Shown: positions 62,651 to 64,000 of the stretch, in pieces | Layout of the letters: each line of letters begins with the position of its first letter | How positions within the stretch are numbered: position 1 is the first letter of the stretch | NCBI GenBank assembly: GCA_002269645.1 | Contig: NIVC01001091.1 | Coordinates: 1 to 64,000 of the forward strand | Direction of reading: 5' to 3' | DNA from: Macrostomum lignano | Lineage: Eukaryota | DNA: 64,000 nucleotides | Position numbers and translations under genes: made by a program | The notes under the pieces: model-generated | The model's input: the letters and a program-made list of their open reading frames with translations, nothing else | Databases searched by the model: none | What the model was told of the DNA's origin: nothing

Positions 62651-63324
62651 AGTTCGTTAAGCCTACGCACAGAATGGCAGAGGCAAGGAGAGCAGCGGAA
62701 GCGCTACCACTGAATGCAGAGAAGGACCCGAAAGCTCTGTGCATGGCTAAATGACTGGGTTCGAAAATCTCCACAGAGAAGAGAGGAAAAAGGGATGAAG
62801 AGAGAGAGAGAGGGACAGAATGCCATTCATCAAAGCTTAATGGTGTCTTAAAGTTTAACTACCACTGAAAACGTGAGCCAATTTGGAGCCGAAGCGGATG
62901 AAGGGAAGGGGCAGCTGAGGGCGGGAGAGAGGAATGGCTGGCAGGGCCATTGTGCGCGCAGCAATGCAATCGATCACGGAGGGGAGTCCCCAGCCAGCCT
63001 GCCTGTGCAGATTGGGGAAGGCGAATACGAGCTACTCGCTTCCCGTGGAAAATTATTCGATCATAAGCCCGGTGCTGCCCAGGCCTCGGAGCACACGCAG
63101 TGCTCATTGGGAGCTGGGAGCTTCTGAGTGACTGCCTGCCTGTCTGTCAACCGTTTTCATCTGCCTTCGGCCCAATCAGTCACGTTTCATTCTGCTTGGG
63201 GCAGCGCTGTGCTCGAGGTCCGGCTCGTCCTCCCCTCATTTTGCTCTTTTCCCAGCTCGTTGTCCCGTTTTCTTTTTCTCATTTCCGCGTCCTGAGCGGT
63301 CATTCTCCTCTATATGAACTCTCT

Positions 63325-64000
63325 AGTCTGTCTGTTCTGTCTCGCTGTGATGTATCTGTGTCTGTTCTGTCTCACTGTGATGTATCTGTGTCTGTTCTGT
63401 CTCGCTGTGATGTACCTGTATCTGTTCTGTCTCACTGTGATGTATCTGTGTCTGTTCTGTCTCGCTGTGATGTACCTGTGTCTGTTCTGTCTCGCTGTGA
63501 TGTACCTGTGTCTGTTCTGTCTCGCTGTGATGTACGTGTGTCTGTTCTGTCTCGCTGTAATGTACGTGTGTCTGTTCTGTCTCGCTGTGATGTACATGTG
63601 TCTGTTCTGTCTTGCTGTGATGTATGTGTGTCTGTTCTGTCTCACTGTGATGTACGTGTGTCTGTTCTGTCTCGCTGTGATGTATCTGTGTCTGTTCTGT
63701 CTCGCTGTGATGTACGTGTGTCTGTTCTGTCTCGCTGTGATGTACGTGTGTCTGTTCTGTCTCGCTGTGATGTATGTGTGTCTGTTCTGTCTCGCTGTGA
63801 TGTATGTGTGTCTGTTCTGTCTCGCTGTGATGTACCTGTGTCTGTTCTGTCTCGCTGTGATGTATGTGTGTCTGTTCTGTCTCGCTGTGCTGTATCTGTG
63901 TCTGTTCTGTCTCGCTGTGATGTATCTGTGTCTGTTCTGTCTCGCTGTGCTGTATCTGTGTCTGTTCTGTCTCGCTGTGATGTACGTGTGTCTGTTCTGT
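63325..64000. repeat. 30-bp minisatellite (TCTGTTCTGTCTCGCTGTGATGTAYSTGTG), continues past the window end
   Basis: Direct reading. Confidence 0.95.

Noticed and set aside
52018-62774. ORFs of 2400-3150 aa on the minus strand and many short ones on plus
   Set aside because: All three minus frames are open because the satellite lacks TTA, CTA and TCA on the plus strand; the products are pure low-complexity repeats with no splice or promoter context.
62650-63131. Short ORFs in the unique island after the large satellite
   Set aside because: No homology recognised and no convincing splice sites; kept only as a possible regulatory island.

Overview
Repeat-rich animal genomic DNA with spliceosomal GT-AG introns. 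It looks like an invertebrate, and the private minisatellite in nearly every long intron is reminiscent of free-living flatworms such as Macrostomum, but the species cannot be verified here. Host genes, in order: 3' end of an axonemal dynein heavy chain (DNAH3-like, with several 1-bp deletions), a TRAF-like zinc-finger gene, a small secreted protein on the minus strand, two tandem tetraspanins, CDC50/TMEM30, UBAC2, and an orphan CCAAT/TATA promoter plus first exon followed by about 14 kb of satellite DNA. The centrepiece is a complete, apparently very young Ty3/Gypsy LTR retrotransposon (23184-31935). It has 768-bp LTRs with no difference seen by eye, an ATTT target duplication and gag / -1 frameshift / pol. 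It has three unusual traits: (i) a non-env third ORF with its own GC-box/TATA promoter, (ii) a GGYNLRPR motif at the integrase tail matching, from memory, the foamy-virus Gag nucleosome-tethering motif, and (iii) LTRs containing an internal duplicated LTR-end + PBS. Also present: a solo LTR or Ginger-like element with CATG TSD, three tRNA-derived SINE copies, hAT- and Harbinger-like MITEs, and about 20 tandem arrays, including a 10.5-kb G-run satellite. The very long ORFs in the supplied track that fall in repeats are artefacts. There is no CRISPR array, rRNA or functional tRNA gene.
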